Shown here one piece after another: positions 49,971-59,431 of a DNA stretch of 64,000 nt. The notes below the pieces were generated by a model. The model was not told the DNA's origin, ran no database searches, and was given only the letters and a program-made list of their open reading frames with translations. Each line of letters begins with the position of its first letter. The first letter of the stretch is position 1. The stretch is from NCBI GenBank assembly GCA_965223545.1, contig OZ245006.1, positions 2,144,001 to 2,208,000 on the forward strand. The letters are read 5' to 3'. The position numbers were made by a program, and so were the translations under genes. The DNA comes from Planctomycetota bacterium (GTDB lineage Bacteria; Planctomycetota; UBA1135; UBA2386).

Positions 49971-50792
49971 GTGATCACTCGGCAGGTGGCGTTGCTCCTG
50001 CCGCTCGCCTCGCTGTGCGCGGGGTGCAGCGGACTGCCCGGCCTGGATGCGCCACAGGTCGAGCTGATCCCCAAGCTCGCGATCCTGCGCGTGAAGGGAG
50101 ACGCGGCGATGCAGTCGACCACCACCGGTGGCGCGGTGCGCTCGAATGCGCGCATCGGTCTGTCCGAGCTGGGGGTCGATGACCGCGACGAGGACGTCGG
50201 CGGCACGATCGCGATGGGCGACGGTTTTTCGGGGTTCGAAATCGACTACCAGCGACTCGACCAGAAGTCCTCGCGCACCGGCACCCTGGGCGCCGCCTTC
50301 GGCGCCATCGAGGCGGGCGACGTGGTGCAGACCAAGGTCTTCATGGACGAGTTCCGGCTGCGCTACACCGCCGGCATCGTCGACTGGGAGCCAGTCGACG
50401 GGGCGAGGCTCCGCGCCGGCCCCGCGGTGGCGCTCACCCACCGCGAGATCGAGTTCCAGACCATCGAACAGACTCTGGCCCGGGCGCAGACGCTCGAGAT
50501 CAAGGACGACGGCGTGGCCTACATCGGCGCGCGCGCGCGCCTCGACGTCGGCCCCCTCGGCTTCCAGATCGACTGGGGGGTCAGCCCGGACTGGACCTTC
50601 GGCGGCGATTTTCGCGGCACCATGCACGATCTGGAGGCCACCGTGGCCTACCGGTTCGCGGACCACGACGTGACCGCGTTCGGCGGCTACCGGCGCAGTG
50701 AGCTGGAGGCGGAGGGCTACCGCGACGACCGGCGCTTCGACGCCGACCTGCTGATCGACGGCTACGTCTTCGGTCTGCGGCTGTCGTTCTAA
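49971..50792 (+). CDS. Probable outer-membrane beta-barrel (lipo)protein
   Basis: LCAGC lipobox-like; alternating beta strands; C-terminal GYVFGLRLSF. Confidence 0.72.
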   Translation: MITRQVALLLPLASLCAGCSGLPGLDAPQVELIPKLAILRVKGDAAMQSTTTGGAVRSNARIGLSELGVDDRDEDVGGTIAMGDGFSGFEIDYQRLDQKSSRTGTLGAAFGAIEAGDVVQTKVFMDEFRLRYTAGIVDWEPVDGARLRAGPAVALTHREIEFQTIEQTLARAQTLEIKDDGVAYIGARARLDVGPLGFQIDWGVSPDWTFGGDFRGTMHDLEATVAYRFADHDVTAFGGYRRSELEAEGYRDDRRFDADLLIDGYVFGLRLSF

Positions 50793-50821
50793 AGCCAGCG
50801 CGGGCGTGCGGCGCGAGGTGA

Positions 50822-50849
50822 TGAACGGGAGCCTGGCTCCGTACGTTCA
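50822..50849. repeat. REP-like palindrome copy (GGAGCC-T-GGCTCCGTAC) between convergent genes
   Basis: 17-nt identity to the 15124-15146 palindrome; outer arms TGAACG/CGTTCA include the sulfotransferase stop codon. Confidence 0.8.
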
Positions 50850-51758
50850 GCGGTGGAGGCGGCGGAGGGCGCGGCGCCAGAGGGGGGCGTTGGCGGCGTT
50901 GCGCCAGCGGCGGGCTTGGGCGCGCGCGGTGCGGCGCTCGGCGAGCAGGGCGGCGGCCCAGCCGGTGGGGGGCGGCAGGTCTGGGGGCTCGAAGTCGGTG
51001 ACGCAGTCGGTCAGCGCGCACGATTGCTCGTAGAGGCGCTGCTGCTCATCGGACACCGACGAGCTGCGCCGCAGGTCGTCGCTGTCGTAGGCCGAGTGCC
51101 GAAAGCTGCGGTCGGCGAACTCGGCAGCGGCGTCGCCGGGGTCGTTCAGCTGGAGACCGGCATCGGCGAAGCGTTCGCGTGCCGCCGCCAGCCAGGCCAC
51201 GGGGTCGGCCAGCACTCGCTCGTAGGTGGTCGGTAGCACCCAGTGGCCGGCCGCCGACCGCAGGGCGGCGCGGTGGTAGCACTCCCACAGCGCGACCGAG
51301 TGGGCCGGGTGGAAGCGGTCGCGCCGGGCCAGCGAGTCGGCAGTCTCCAGCGGGTTGCGGACAACCAGCACGATCATCGGCCGCACCGCCAACAGGCGCT
51401 CCCAGTACGGCAGCAGCAAGCACAGCCGCGGGTCCTTCCACAGCCAAGGACGGGACGGGAAGTTGCGGCGGAAGGCGGCGGACGCTTCGCCGACGAGAGC
51501 CTGCGCCCGCGGATCGTCGGCGAAGTCCTCCGCCAGCTCCGGCGGCGCCGACCATTCGCCATCGAACGCGGCGAACAGCCGCTCGTTGGTGGCGGTCAAC
51601 TCCATCACTTCTTGGTTGCCGCGCGGATTGAACTCGGTCGGCGCGTACAGCGTGGACGCACCGGGCAAGTACAGGCCGAGCTTGCTCAGCAAGCCGGTGA
51701 CCAAGGATGTGCCGCTGCGGTGCATGCCGAGCACGACGACGGCGTCCCGCGCAGTCAT
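50847..51758 (-). CDS. Sulfotransferase family protein
   Basis: VLGMHRSGTS PAPS-binding loop, WKDPR, VRNPLE..SL. Confidence 0.88.
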   Translation of the reverse strand: MTARDAVVVLGMHRSGTSLVTGLLSKLGLYLPGASTLYAPTEFNPRGNQEVMELTATNERLFAAFDGEWSAPPELAEDFADDPRAQALVGEASAAFRRNFPSRPWLWKDPRLCLLLPYWERLLAVRPMIVLVVRNPLETADSLARRDRFHPAHSVALWECYHRAALRSAAGHWVLPTTYERVLADPVAWLAAARERFADAGLQLNDPGDAAAEFADRSFRHSAYDSDDLRRSSSVSDEQQRLYEQSCALTDCVTDFEPPDLPPPTGWAAALLAERRTARAQARRWRNAANAPLWRRALRRLHR

Positions 51759-52864
51759 CGCCGCAGCTCCTCGAACGCCGGCGCGGTGGCGATCGTCTCG
51801 GCGCCGAGGGCGTTGCCGGCGGCGTTCCAATGCGAATCGTCGACCAGATAGAGCGCTTCGCCGGCCGCGGTGCGCCGCCGCAGCTCCGGCAGCGGATCGA
51901 CGTACTGCAGCCCCAGGCCTTCACACACCGCCCGCAGCAGACGTTGCGGCCGGTCGAAGTCGAACTCGTCGGCCGTCCGGCCACGCTGCGACAGCAGCTC
52001 CAGCACCTCGGCGCGGAGCTCCAGGTTGACCTGGAACTCGTCGGGAATGGCGAGCACCACGACCGGTCGCGGAGCGACCGCATCGCGAATCCGGCGCAGC
52101 TCTTGGGCAGAGATCTGCCAGGCGCGGTCGTAGTCGTCGGCAGCGCGCTCCGGGTCCGCGCAGATGTCCATCCGCTTGCACTCGACGTCCAAGTACCAGG
52201 CGTGCCGGTCCGGCGGCGGGGTCAAGACCGACGCGATCAACCGGTAGAGGTGCGACCGGCGCAGCTGCCGGCGCCACCAGGGCGGCGGCGCAAAGCCCTC
52301 GGGCGCCAGCTCGCCGTTGACGACCACGGTGCGCCGCAGGCCGAGATTCTCCCACAGGTCGTTGCCCACGAAGAACGCCACCACGACGACGTCGGGCTCG
52401 TAGGCGAGGCCGAACTTCTCCAGCCACGCGCGCTGCTGGACCGTCGAGAAGCCGGGCACGCCGGCATTGACGACGTCGACCGAGTCGGCCAAGCGCGTCT
52501 GCAGCTGGCGGGCAAAGGTGTCCTCCAACCGCATGCCCGAACCGAACGCGAACGAGTCGCCGAGCACCAACACGCGCCGCACGCCGGACGGCTTCTGCAC
52601 GGCGCGCTCGATGTCGCGCAGCCCCTGTGCATTGGTCTGCACGTTGCCCCATCGGTGATCCGGGCGCAGCCGGTAGCCGGTGTCCGGATCGGCTTGGTAC
52701 ATGCCGTGGCCGGTGAAGGTCCCGGCCTGCGGTGCCAGCCAGCGCACCGCCAGCTCCGCTACGATCAGGCTGACCAGCCCTGCCGCGGCACACGCCGCCA
52801 GCCGAGCAACCCACGAGCGGCGCCGAGCGAGCACGGGCGCGGTTGACGTCGTCGCGCTCGCCAA
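51755..52864 (-). CDS. Membrane-anchored SGNH/GDSL hydrolase (AlgJ/X-like)
   Basis: VLGDSFAFG, NAGVPG, GND, DSHWN. Confidence 0.88.
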   Translation of the reverse strand: MASATTSTAPVLARRRSWVARLAACAAAGLVSLIVAELAVRWLAPQAGTFTGHGMYQADPDTGYRLRPDHRWGNVQTNAQGLRDIERAVQKPSGVRRVLVLGDSFAFGSGMRLEDTFARQLQTRLADSVDVVNAGVPGFSTVQQRAWLEKFGLAYEPDVVVVAFFVGNDLWENLGLRRTVVVNGELAPEGFAPPPWWRRQLRRSHLYRLIASVLTPPPDRHAWYLDVECKRMDICADPERAADDYDRAWQISAQELRRIRDAVAPRPVVVLAIPDEFQVNLELRAEVLELLSQRGRTADEFDFDRPQRLLRAVCEGLGLQYVDPLPELRRRTAAGEALYLVDDSHWNAAGNALGAETIATAPAFEELRR

Positions 52865-52868
52865 CGCG

Positions 52869-54125
52869 CTACCCGTTGCCGGTCGGCGCCCCGTCGGGGG
52901 CCGGTTTCAGCACTTCGACCTGCCAGCGGCGCGGCGCATAGAACAGGCCGAGCTCCTTGTCGCGGTTCTGGATGACCAGGTTTTGCCGGCAGGGCATCTC
53001 GTGGAAGCGGTGCACACCGCGCGCGTCCAAGAGCCAGACCGGCACCACGAACTTGCCCGACAGCAGGCTGATCTGCGGCAACACCAAGGTGACCACCGCC
53101 TCCTCGGCTTCGATCACCACCGAGTCGAACTCCGAGGTCATCGCCAAACACAGAGTGCCATCCGAACGAGTGAAACCGACGGCGAGCGTCAACGGCTCGT
53201 AGACGGCGCCGTTCTTCACGTGCACGCGGACGCCGACGTCTTCGCGCGGAGCGAACACGTTGCGCGGCTTGCCGGTGCGCGGATCGACGAGCTCGGCCGA
53301 CATGATGCAGGCCGGATCGGGGCGGTCGACGCGCTGCGGCTCGGGCCGGCCGCTCTCCTCGTTGAACGGCGAGATGTCCTCCGGCTCCGCCGACCGCGAC
53401 TTCTGGAACGTGGCGTACTCGTTGGTAACCACCACCGAACTGTCGTGCAGCGCGATCTCGCCATCGCGCATCCACAGTGCCTGGTCGCAGATCTGGCGCA
53501 CGTCGTAGAGCGAGTGCGAGCAGAAGAACATGGTCTTGCCGCGCGCGCGGTAGCTCATGATCCGCTCGACACACTTGCGGCGGAAGTGCATGTCGCCCAC
53601 CGCCAGGATCTCGTCGAGGATCAGCACATCGGGCTCCACGGCGACGGCGACGCTGAAGCCCAGCCGGCAGACCATGCCCGAGGAGTAGGTGCGGATCGGC
53701 GCGTCGATGAAGTCGTGCAGCTCGGAGAAGTCGAGGATCTCGTTGAACTTGCCCTTGGCCTCCTTGCGGGTGAAACCCATCAAGGCGGCGTTCATGTAGA
53801 TGTTCTCACGCCCGGTGAAGTTGCGGTTGAAGCCGGCGCCGAGCTCGAGCAAGCTCGCGACGCGGCCGCGCAACGTGTAGCTGCCCGACGTCGGGTACGA
53901 CGTGCCGGTCAGGATCTTGAGCAGCGTCGACTTGCCGGCGCCGTTGGCCCCCACCAACCCGACGCAGGAGCCCGGCTCGACCTCGAACGACACGTTCTTC
54001 AGCGCGTGCACCTCGCGGTAGCGCTTGGTCTTGTCCCACGGCAGCTTCTCCTGCAACCGCCCCCAGGGGCTGCGGTAGAGCCGGTAGACCTTGGAGACGT
54101 CGACGACTTTGATCGCGGGGTCCAT
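52869..54125 (-). CDS. wzt: Polysaccharide ABC exporter ATPase with Wzt C-terminal domain
   Basis: GANGAGKST, LLELGAGF, YSSGM, DEILAVGD, C-terminal carbohydrate-binding extension. Confidence 0.92.
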   Translation of the reverse strand: MDPAIKVVDVSKVYRLYRSPWGRLQEKLPWDKTKRYREVHALKNVSFEVEPGSCVGLVGANGAGKSTLLKILTGTSYPTSGSYTLRGRVASLLELGAGFNRNFTGRENIYMNAALMGFTRKEAKGKFNEILDFSELHDFIDAPIRTYSSGMVCRLGFSVAVAVEPDVLILDEILAVGDMHFRRKCVERIMSYRARGKTMFFCSHSLYDVRQICDQALWMRDGEIALHDSSVVVTNEYATFQKSRSAEPEDISPFNEESGRPEPQRVDRPDPACIMSAELVDPRTGKPRNVFAPREDVGVRVHVKNGAVYEPLTLAVGFTRSDGTLCLAMTSEFDSVVIEAEEAVVTLVLPQISLLSGKFVVPVWLLDARGVHRFHEMPCRQNLVIQNRDKELGLFYAPRRWQVEVLKPAPDGAPTGNG

Positions 54126-54130
54126 CGCCT

Positions 54131-55120
54131 TCACACCAGGTCCGAGAACTTGTGCTTGCGGCTCATGAACAGGCCGTAGCCGATCACGAAAGTGAGCACC
54201 GCCCAGCCGGCACCGACTGCCAAGACCGTGCCGAGCGAATGCGGGATGTAGCCTGCGCGCATGGCGGGATCGAGGTCCGCGCCGACGCCGAACACCAGGC
54301 GCTGCCCAGCGAGCAAGGGGTACGCCGGGTTGAGGAACAACAGGTCGTACGGGTTGTCGGGCGCGATCTTCTCCAAGAACGGTCGCACCTGACTGGCCGG
54401 CCAGAACACGGGCGAGCCGAAAAACCACGCCAGCGACAAGATCGGCCACAGCTGCGACACGTCGCGCACGAAGACGTTGACCGTCGCCAGGATCAGCCCG
54501 AGCCCGAGGCAGAAGACCAGCAGACAGACGATCAGCAGCGGCCACGCCAGCATCGGCCAACCGAGCGCCGAGACTCCGGTCAGCCCACCGAACAGCAAGA
54601 GGATGCCGCAGGCGACGACGTACACGGCGACCGCGACCAGCACCGGCGTCAGCGGCAGCAGCTCACAGGGAAACGCGACCCGTTTCACCAGGTTGGCATT
54701 GCCGACGATCGCCGTCAGGCCCTGGTTGGCCGACTCCTGGATGGTGCCGAACAGCAGCACCCCGGCGAACAGGTAGACCGCGAACATGACGCTCGGCGAT
54801 GCCCCGCCCTCGCCCTTGCCGCCGAACAGGTAGCCGAAGACGAAGAAGTAGACCAAGAACTGGAACACCGGCTGCACCAGCACCCAGAGCAACCCGCCGG
54901 CGCTGCCGCGGAAGCGGCCGAGCAGCGCGCGCCGGGCAAAGTGCCAGACCAGGATCCGCGAATCCGCGACCAGCGAGGGATAGCGGTAGGACCACAGGGC
55001 GTGCCGCAGCACTCCCCGCGGCGCGGTCTCGGCCGAGTAGTGGTGGACGATCGACGAGCTGCTGGTCACGGTCTGCGCTGGCCCCAGGGCGAACCTCTCA
55101 GAGTACCTCGGCGCCGGCAA
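54131..55120 (-). CDS. wzm: Polysaccharide ABC exporter permease
   Basis: RFRGSAGGLLW..QP, NANLVKRVAFP, VFVRDV, NP, FSDLV; start uncertain. Confidence 0.9.
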   Translation of the reverse strand: MPAPRYSERFALGPAQTVTSSSSIVHHYSAETAPRGVLRHALWSYRYPSLVADSRILVWHFARRALLGRFRGSAGGLLWVLVQPVFQFLVYFFVFGYLFGGKGEGGASPSVMFAVYLFAGVLLFGTIQESANQGLTAIVGNANLVKRVAFPCELLPLTPVLVAVAVYVVACGILLLFGGLTGVSALGWPMLAWPLLIVCLLVFCLGLGLILATVNVFVRDVSQLWPILSLAWFFGSPVFWPASQVRPFLEKIAPDNPYDLLFLNPAYPLLAGQRLVFGVGADLDPAMRAGYIPHSLGTVLAVGAGWAVLTFVIGYGLFMSRKHKFSDLV

Positions 55121-55183
55121 TGGCGGAAGGCGGACCCTGGGTGAGGCTCCGCGATCCGCCCCTGGCGACGCCGAGTCCCACCT

Positions 55184-55999
55184 CTAGTCGCTGTCGGCGC
55201 CCTCCAGGACGATCTTGAGAACGTCCAGCTGGCGGCAATCGCAGGCGACGCCGAGGAGGTCCGCCAGCGCGGGCCGGGTGCGGCCGCCGTCCCCGCTGAT
55301 CCACTCCTTAACGTAGGTGCCGTGCGCGCAGCGCACGTCGATCTGCAGGGCGCCACTGTCGAGAACCGCGACGCCGACGATCTCGACGCGGCGTTCCCGA
55401 TCGAGATCGGCGCGCCGGTGGGCCACCCGCTGGGGCGTCCGCTGGCTGATGTCCAGGGCTTGCCCGATCAGCTCTTGGGCGGCGGTGGGGTCGACGGCGG
55501 CACCGAGCTCGACCTCGGCGCGGTAGACCTTGTCGAAGCGAGATTCCTTCCAATACGCCACCCGGGCGCGCGGCACACGCACGAACGGTGCCAGCTGGAT
55601 GCGGTCGCCGTCCCGCTCGTGGATGCGCCGGCGCAGCTCCTCCAGGTCGACCTCGAGAGCACGCGCACCGACCACCTCGAAGACGAACGGCCGCCCATCG
55701 CCGAGCATGCGCACGTCGATGTCCTCGCGGCCGGCGCCGTGGAATTTGCCGTCGCGGGCGCGGAATGCGGGCAACGCCTGGCGCCCGATCAGCTCCTGCA
55801 CGGATTCGTCGGTGAGCTTGCCCCGGCCCCCGCACCGCGCGCATCCCTGCCGGCGCCGCCGGTGCCCCTTGCACTCGGGACAGTAGAAGATCGTCTGCGG
55901 CAGCCCGCGCACCAGCTTCTGGTAGGCGGACTCGAGATAGATCGACACCTTGGGCCGCGGTCGGTGCCCGACCGGCCGCGTCTGCTGCTCGGCACTCAC
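55184..55999 (-). CDS. Pus10-type tRNA pseudouridine synthase, catalytic domain only
   Basis: YQKLVRGLPQT, CxxC..CxxC, FHGAGREDIDVRMLGDGRPF, QRTPQRVAHRRAD, GTYVKEWISGDGGRTRP. Confidence 0.88.
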   Translation of the reverse strand: MSAEQQTRPVGHRPRPKVSIYLESAYQKLVRGLPQTIFYCPECKGHRRRRQGCARCGGRGKLTDESVQELIGRQALPAFRARDGKFHGAGREDIDVRMLGDGRPFVFEVVGARALEVDLEELRRRIHERDGDRIQLAPFVRVPRARVAYWKESRFDKVYRAEVELGAAVDPTAAQELIGQALDISQRTPQRVAHRRADLDRERRVEIVGVAVLDSGALQIDVRCAHGTYVKEWISGDGGRTRPALADLLGVACDCRQLDVLKIVLEGADSD

Positions 56000-56076
56000 G
56001 CCGCCAGGCTATTCCCGGCGGGCGCAGGCCGCAAACCGCGGTTCTCGGGCCGCCCCACGGCCGGCGGAGGGCCGGC

Positions 56077-56460
56077 TCAGCGACGCGCCGGCTCTTCCTT
56101 GCGACGGGAGTGCAACCGACTCACCAGCCGGAAGAAGTCGGTCACATCGAGCGGCGTATGGAGGAAGGAGCCGATGTTGAGCCGAGACTTCTCACCCGCC
56201 AGATCCCGGGCCTGGCGCTCCTCGGTGACGACGACCACGTCGGTGTGCTTGTCGAAGGTGCGCAGGTGCTCGAGCAGCCGCAGGCCATCCCGGTTGCGCG
56301 GGTCGATGGCCAAGAACACGCAGTCGTATTGGTGCTGGCGCACCTCGTTGATCGATGCGTATCCTTCGCCGACGGTGATGTTGAACTCGGGGAACTGCTG
56401 TAGGCCGACCTTGATCTGGTCGCGCACCAGGTTGTCCCGAACGACGAGCAGGATGTCCAT
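56077..56460 (-). CDS. Stand-alone atypical (pseudo-)receiver domain protein
   Basis: REC fold pattern (YDCVFL..DGLRLL..VVVVT..FLHTP) lacking the phospho-Asp and conserved Lys. Confidence 0.75.
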   Translation of the reverse strand: MDILLVVRDNLVRDQIKVGLQQFPEFNITVGEGYASINEVRQHQYDCVFLAIDPRNRDGLRLLEHLRTFDKHTDVVVVTEERQARDLAGEKSRLNIGSFLHTPLDVTDFFRLVSRLHSRRKEEPARR

Positions 56461-56538
56461 GATCTGGCTTTCGGCGAGGGCGCCCGCACCCCGGATCGGG
56501 GCACTCCGTCTCTATCTTCGGCGACCCGCGGACGGCGC

Positions 56539-57486
56539 TTGAACTGGCTCGCCGGAGTCGACGAGGCCGGACTCGGGCCGATCCTGGGCCCGCTGGTCGT
56601 CGGCGGCGTGGCGATGGCCGGCCCCGCCGGGGTCGACCCGTGGCGGGCGCTGCGGACGACGGTCTGCCGGCACAAGGCCGAGAAGGACAAGATCCGGGTC
56701 GCCGACAGCAAGAAGGTCAACCAGGGCCCACACGGCCTGCTGCGCCTGGAGCAGACGGTGCTGACGTTCCTCGGCGCGATGCAGGGGGCCCCACCCGCCA
56801 CCGTCGCGGACTTGTTGTCCGGGCTTGGCGTGGACGTCGCCCCACTGCGCCAATGCCCTTGGTATCGGGACTTGTCCCAGCCACTCCCGCTGCGGGACGC
56901 AGCAGACACCCTGGAGCTGCGCGCCCACAACCTGGCCCGCAGCATGGCGCGCCGCGACCTGCGCGTCGGCCACCTTGTCGCCGCGGTGATCGACGCCAAG
57001 GAGTTCAACGATCTCATCGCCGAGACGGACAACAAGAGCCGGACTCACTTCGCCGCCTACTCCCGCGTGCTCGGCACCCTGCTCGACGTGCTGCCGGCGG
57101 GCGCGCACCTGGTGGCCGACCGGTGCGGCGGCATCACCCACTACGTGCCCGCCCTGCGGCGAGGCCTGGGCCGCGTCCGGCTGCGCACGGTCGAGGAGAG
57201 CGCCGGTCAGTCTCGATATGAGATCGGCGCCGATGCCGATCCGGTGCGCGTGACGTTTGCGGTGCAGGGTGAGGACCGCTCCTTCCCCACCGCGCTGGCG
57301 AGCTGTGTGGCGAAGTACGTCCGCGAGCTGCTGATGCATCTGCTCAACCGCTGGTTCCAGGAGCGCGTGCCCGACCTTGCCCCGACCGCCGGCTATTACT
57401 CCGACGGGCACCGATTCGTGCGCGCGATCCAGCCGGTCCTCGCGCACGGGGAATTCCCGGAAGAGCTGCTGATTCGCTGTCGCTGA
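56539..57486 (+). CDS. rnhB: Ribonuclease HII
   Basis: AGVDEAGLGPILGPLVV, VADSKK, ALASCVAKYVRE, GYYSD. Confidence 0.85.
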   Translation: MNWLAGVDEAGLGPILGPLVVGGVAMAGPAGVDPWRALRTTVCRHKAEKDKIRVADSKKVNQGPHGLLRLEQTVLTFLGAMQGAPPATVADLLSGLGVDVAPLRQCPWYRDLSQPLPLRDAADTLELRAHNLARSMARRDLRVGHLVAAVIDAKEFNDLIAETDNKSRTHFAAYSRVLGTLLDVLPAGAHLVADRCGGITHYVPALRRGLGRVRLRTVEESAGQSRYEIGADADPVRVTFAVQGEDRSFPTALASCVAKYVRELLMHLLNRWFQERVPDLAPTAGYYSDGHRFVRAIQPVLAHGEFPEELLIRCR

Positions 57487-57709
57487 ATTGGCTGTAGAAC
57501 GAGGCGCCCCCGCCGGAAGCCCGGCCTCCCGCCGCCGGACGGGGTAGAATGGGATGGGGAAACGGGGATCGACGGTCCCACCCAGCGGGTGTACGATCCG
57601 TCCTCTCGCCCCTCCGGTCACGACCGGCCACCAACGGACCGCCAATCCGGTGGCTCGGCCCGCGCCGAGTGCGTTTCTCCACCCTCGCTCGCCAACACGG
57701 AATGCGCAC

Positions 57710-59290
57710 GTGAAGATTCAGCTGATCCACCCGCCGGTCTATCTGAACGTCTATGCGATGACCGCGCTGCGGCCGAGTCTGCCGCTCGGTCTCGCCTACG
57801 TCGCGGCAGCGCTCCGCAAAGCCGGCCACGACGTCAGCGTGCTCGACGCCGTCGGCGAGGCCCCCGACCAGGTGACCCCGGGCCTGCGCCGGCAGATCTC
57901 CGCGCTCGGCCTCACGGCCGACGAGATCGTCGAGCGGTTGGCGCCGGACGCGGACGCCTTCGCGCTGACCAACACGTGGTCGTTCTCCTGGCCGATCGTG
58001 CGCGAGATCCTGATCAAGATCAAAGCGGCCCGGCCGGACGTGCCGATCGTCTGTGGCGGCGAGCACTTCACCGGTCTTCCCGAGTTCTCGATGGAGCAGT
58101 CGCCGATCGACTGCATCGTGCTGGGCGAGGGTGAGGAGGGTGCGGTCGAGTTGTTCGGCGCAATGGCACGCGGCGACACCGACCTGGCCAGCATCGCCGG
58201 CATCTGGTACCGCGACGCCGACGGCAAGCCGATCGCGAGCGCCGCGTCGCGCGCCCGCACCAAGGCAGTGGACGACATCCCCTGGCCGGCGTGGGACCTC
58301 TTCGACGTCCGCGCGTACGACGAGCGCAAGCTGGTGACCGGCATCCACTACGGGATGACGATCCCGATCATGGCGACCCGTGGATGCCCGTACCAGTGCA
58401 CCTATTGCTCCAACGCCAACATGTGGGGCACGCGGTGGTACGCGCGAAACCCGGTCGACGTGGTCGACGAAATCCAACACTGGCACGAGACTTACCAGGC
58501 GACCAACTTTCCCTTCCACGACCTCACCGCGATCCTGAAGAAGGATTGGATCCTGCAGTTCTGCCGCGAGTTCCACGCGCGCGGACTGCACGAGAAGGTC
58601 TCGTGGCAGCTGCCTTCCGGAACGCGCGTCGAGGTCATCGACGACGAGGTCGCGATGTGGCTGGCCCGCACCAACGGCAAATCGCTCAACTACGCGCCCG
58701 AGAGCGGCAGCCAGGCCACGCGCAAGCGCATCAAGAAGCACATGAAGGACGAGGCCCTGCTGCGCGCGGTGCGCGCCGCAGCCAAGCACCGTCTCGTGGT
58801 GGCGTCCTTCTTCGTCGCGGGCTTTCCCGAAGACACCGTCGACGACCTCAAGCAGACCGTCAAGCTGGCGCGGCGTCTCGCGTGGCACGGAATCACCGAC
58901 ATGGCGTTCGGCTTCTTCTTCCCGATCCCGAACACCGAGCTCTACTGGCAGCTGAAGAAGGAAGGTCGGATCGAGTTGACCGACGACTTCCTGTTGACCC
59001 CGATCTTCGCCAACGAGGCCAAGGTCGACGAAGCCAACAACTACAGCTACAACCTGTCCGCCAAGCAGCTCACGCGGTGGCGTTACTGGACGCTGCTCAA
59101 CTTCTACGCGATTTCCTACGGCACCCGGCCGTGGCGCTTGCTCTCCACGCTGTGGAACTCGTTCACCGGCAAGGAGACGCGCAAGATGGAGACCTTCCTG
59201 ATCGACATCCGGCGAAAGATCAAGGTCAACATCAAGGGAATGCTGACGGCGCGCAAGGGCAACAAACCCGCGGACAACATCGCCGCCTGA
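57710..59290 (+). CDS. Cobalamin-binding radical SAM protein
   Basis: PLGLAYVAA, GGEH, GEGE, TRGCPYQCTYC, ESGS. Confidence 0.92.
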   Translation: MKIQLIHPPVYLNVYAMTALRPSLPLGLAYVAAALRKAGHDVSVLDAVGEAPDQVTPGLRRQISALGLTADEIVERLAPDADAFALTNTWSFSWPIVREILIKIKAARPDVPIVCGGEHFTGLPEFSMEQSPIDCIVLGEGEEGAVELFGAMARGDTDLASIAGIWYRDADGKPIASAASRARTKAVDDIPWPAWDLFDVRAYDERKLVTGIHYGMTIPIMATRGCPYQCTYCSNANMWGTRWYARNPVDVVDEIQHWHETYQATNFPFHDLTAILKKDWILQFCREFHARGLHEKVSWQLPSGTRVEVIDDEVAMWLARTNGKSLNYAPESGSQATRKRIKKHMKDEALLRAVRAAAKHRLVVASFFVAGFPEDTVDDLKQTVKLARRLAWHGITDMAFGFFFPIPNTELYWQLKKEGRIELTDDFLLTPIFANEAKVDEANNYSYNLSAKQLTRWRYWTLLNFYAISYGTRPWRLLSTLWNSFTGKETRKMETFLIDIRRKIKVNIKGMLTARKGNKPADNIAA

Positions 59291-59431
59291 CGGCCGGCGC
59301 GCCCGATCGGCGTCGAACGCGCGCCGAATCTCCGCAAAGCGTTTCGCTGTCGCGGCGAAGACGCTAAGCAAGAGGGCGGAGCCGCGGCGCTTGGCCGACC
59401 TCCGCTCGATGACGCGTTATCCGGTCGTCCG

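Noticed and set aside
57487..57709. Cobalamin riboswitch upstream of the B12 radical SAM gene
   Set aside because: Leader is GC-rich with possible hairpins and a TAGAAT -10, but I could not find the conserved B12-box; an Rfam scan would settle it.
59291..59431. Structured intergenic region resembling a c-di-GMP riboswitch (GCAAAGC)
   Set aside because: The remaining consensus elements are missing; more likely a terminator-like hairpin plus promoter.
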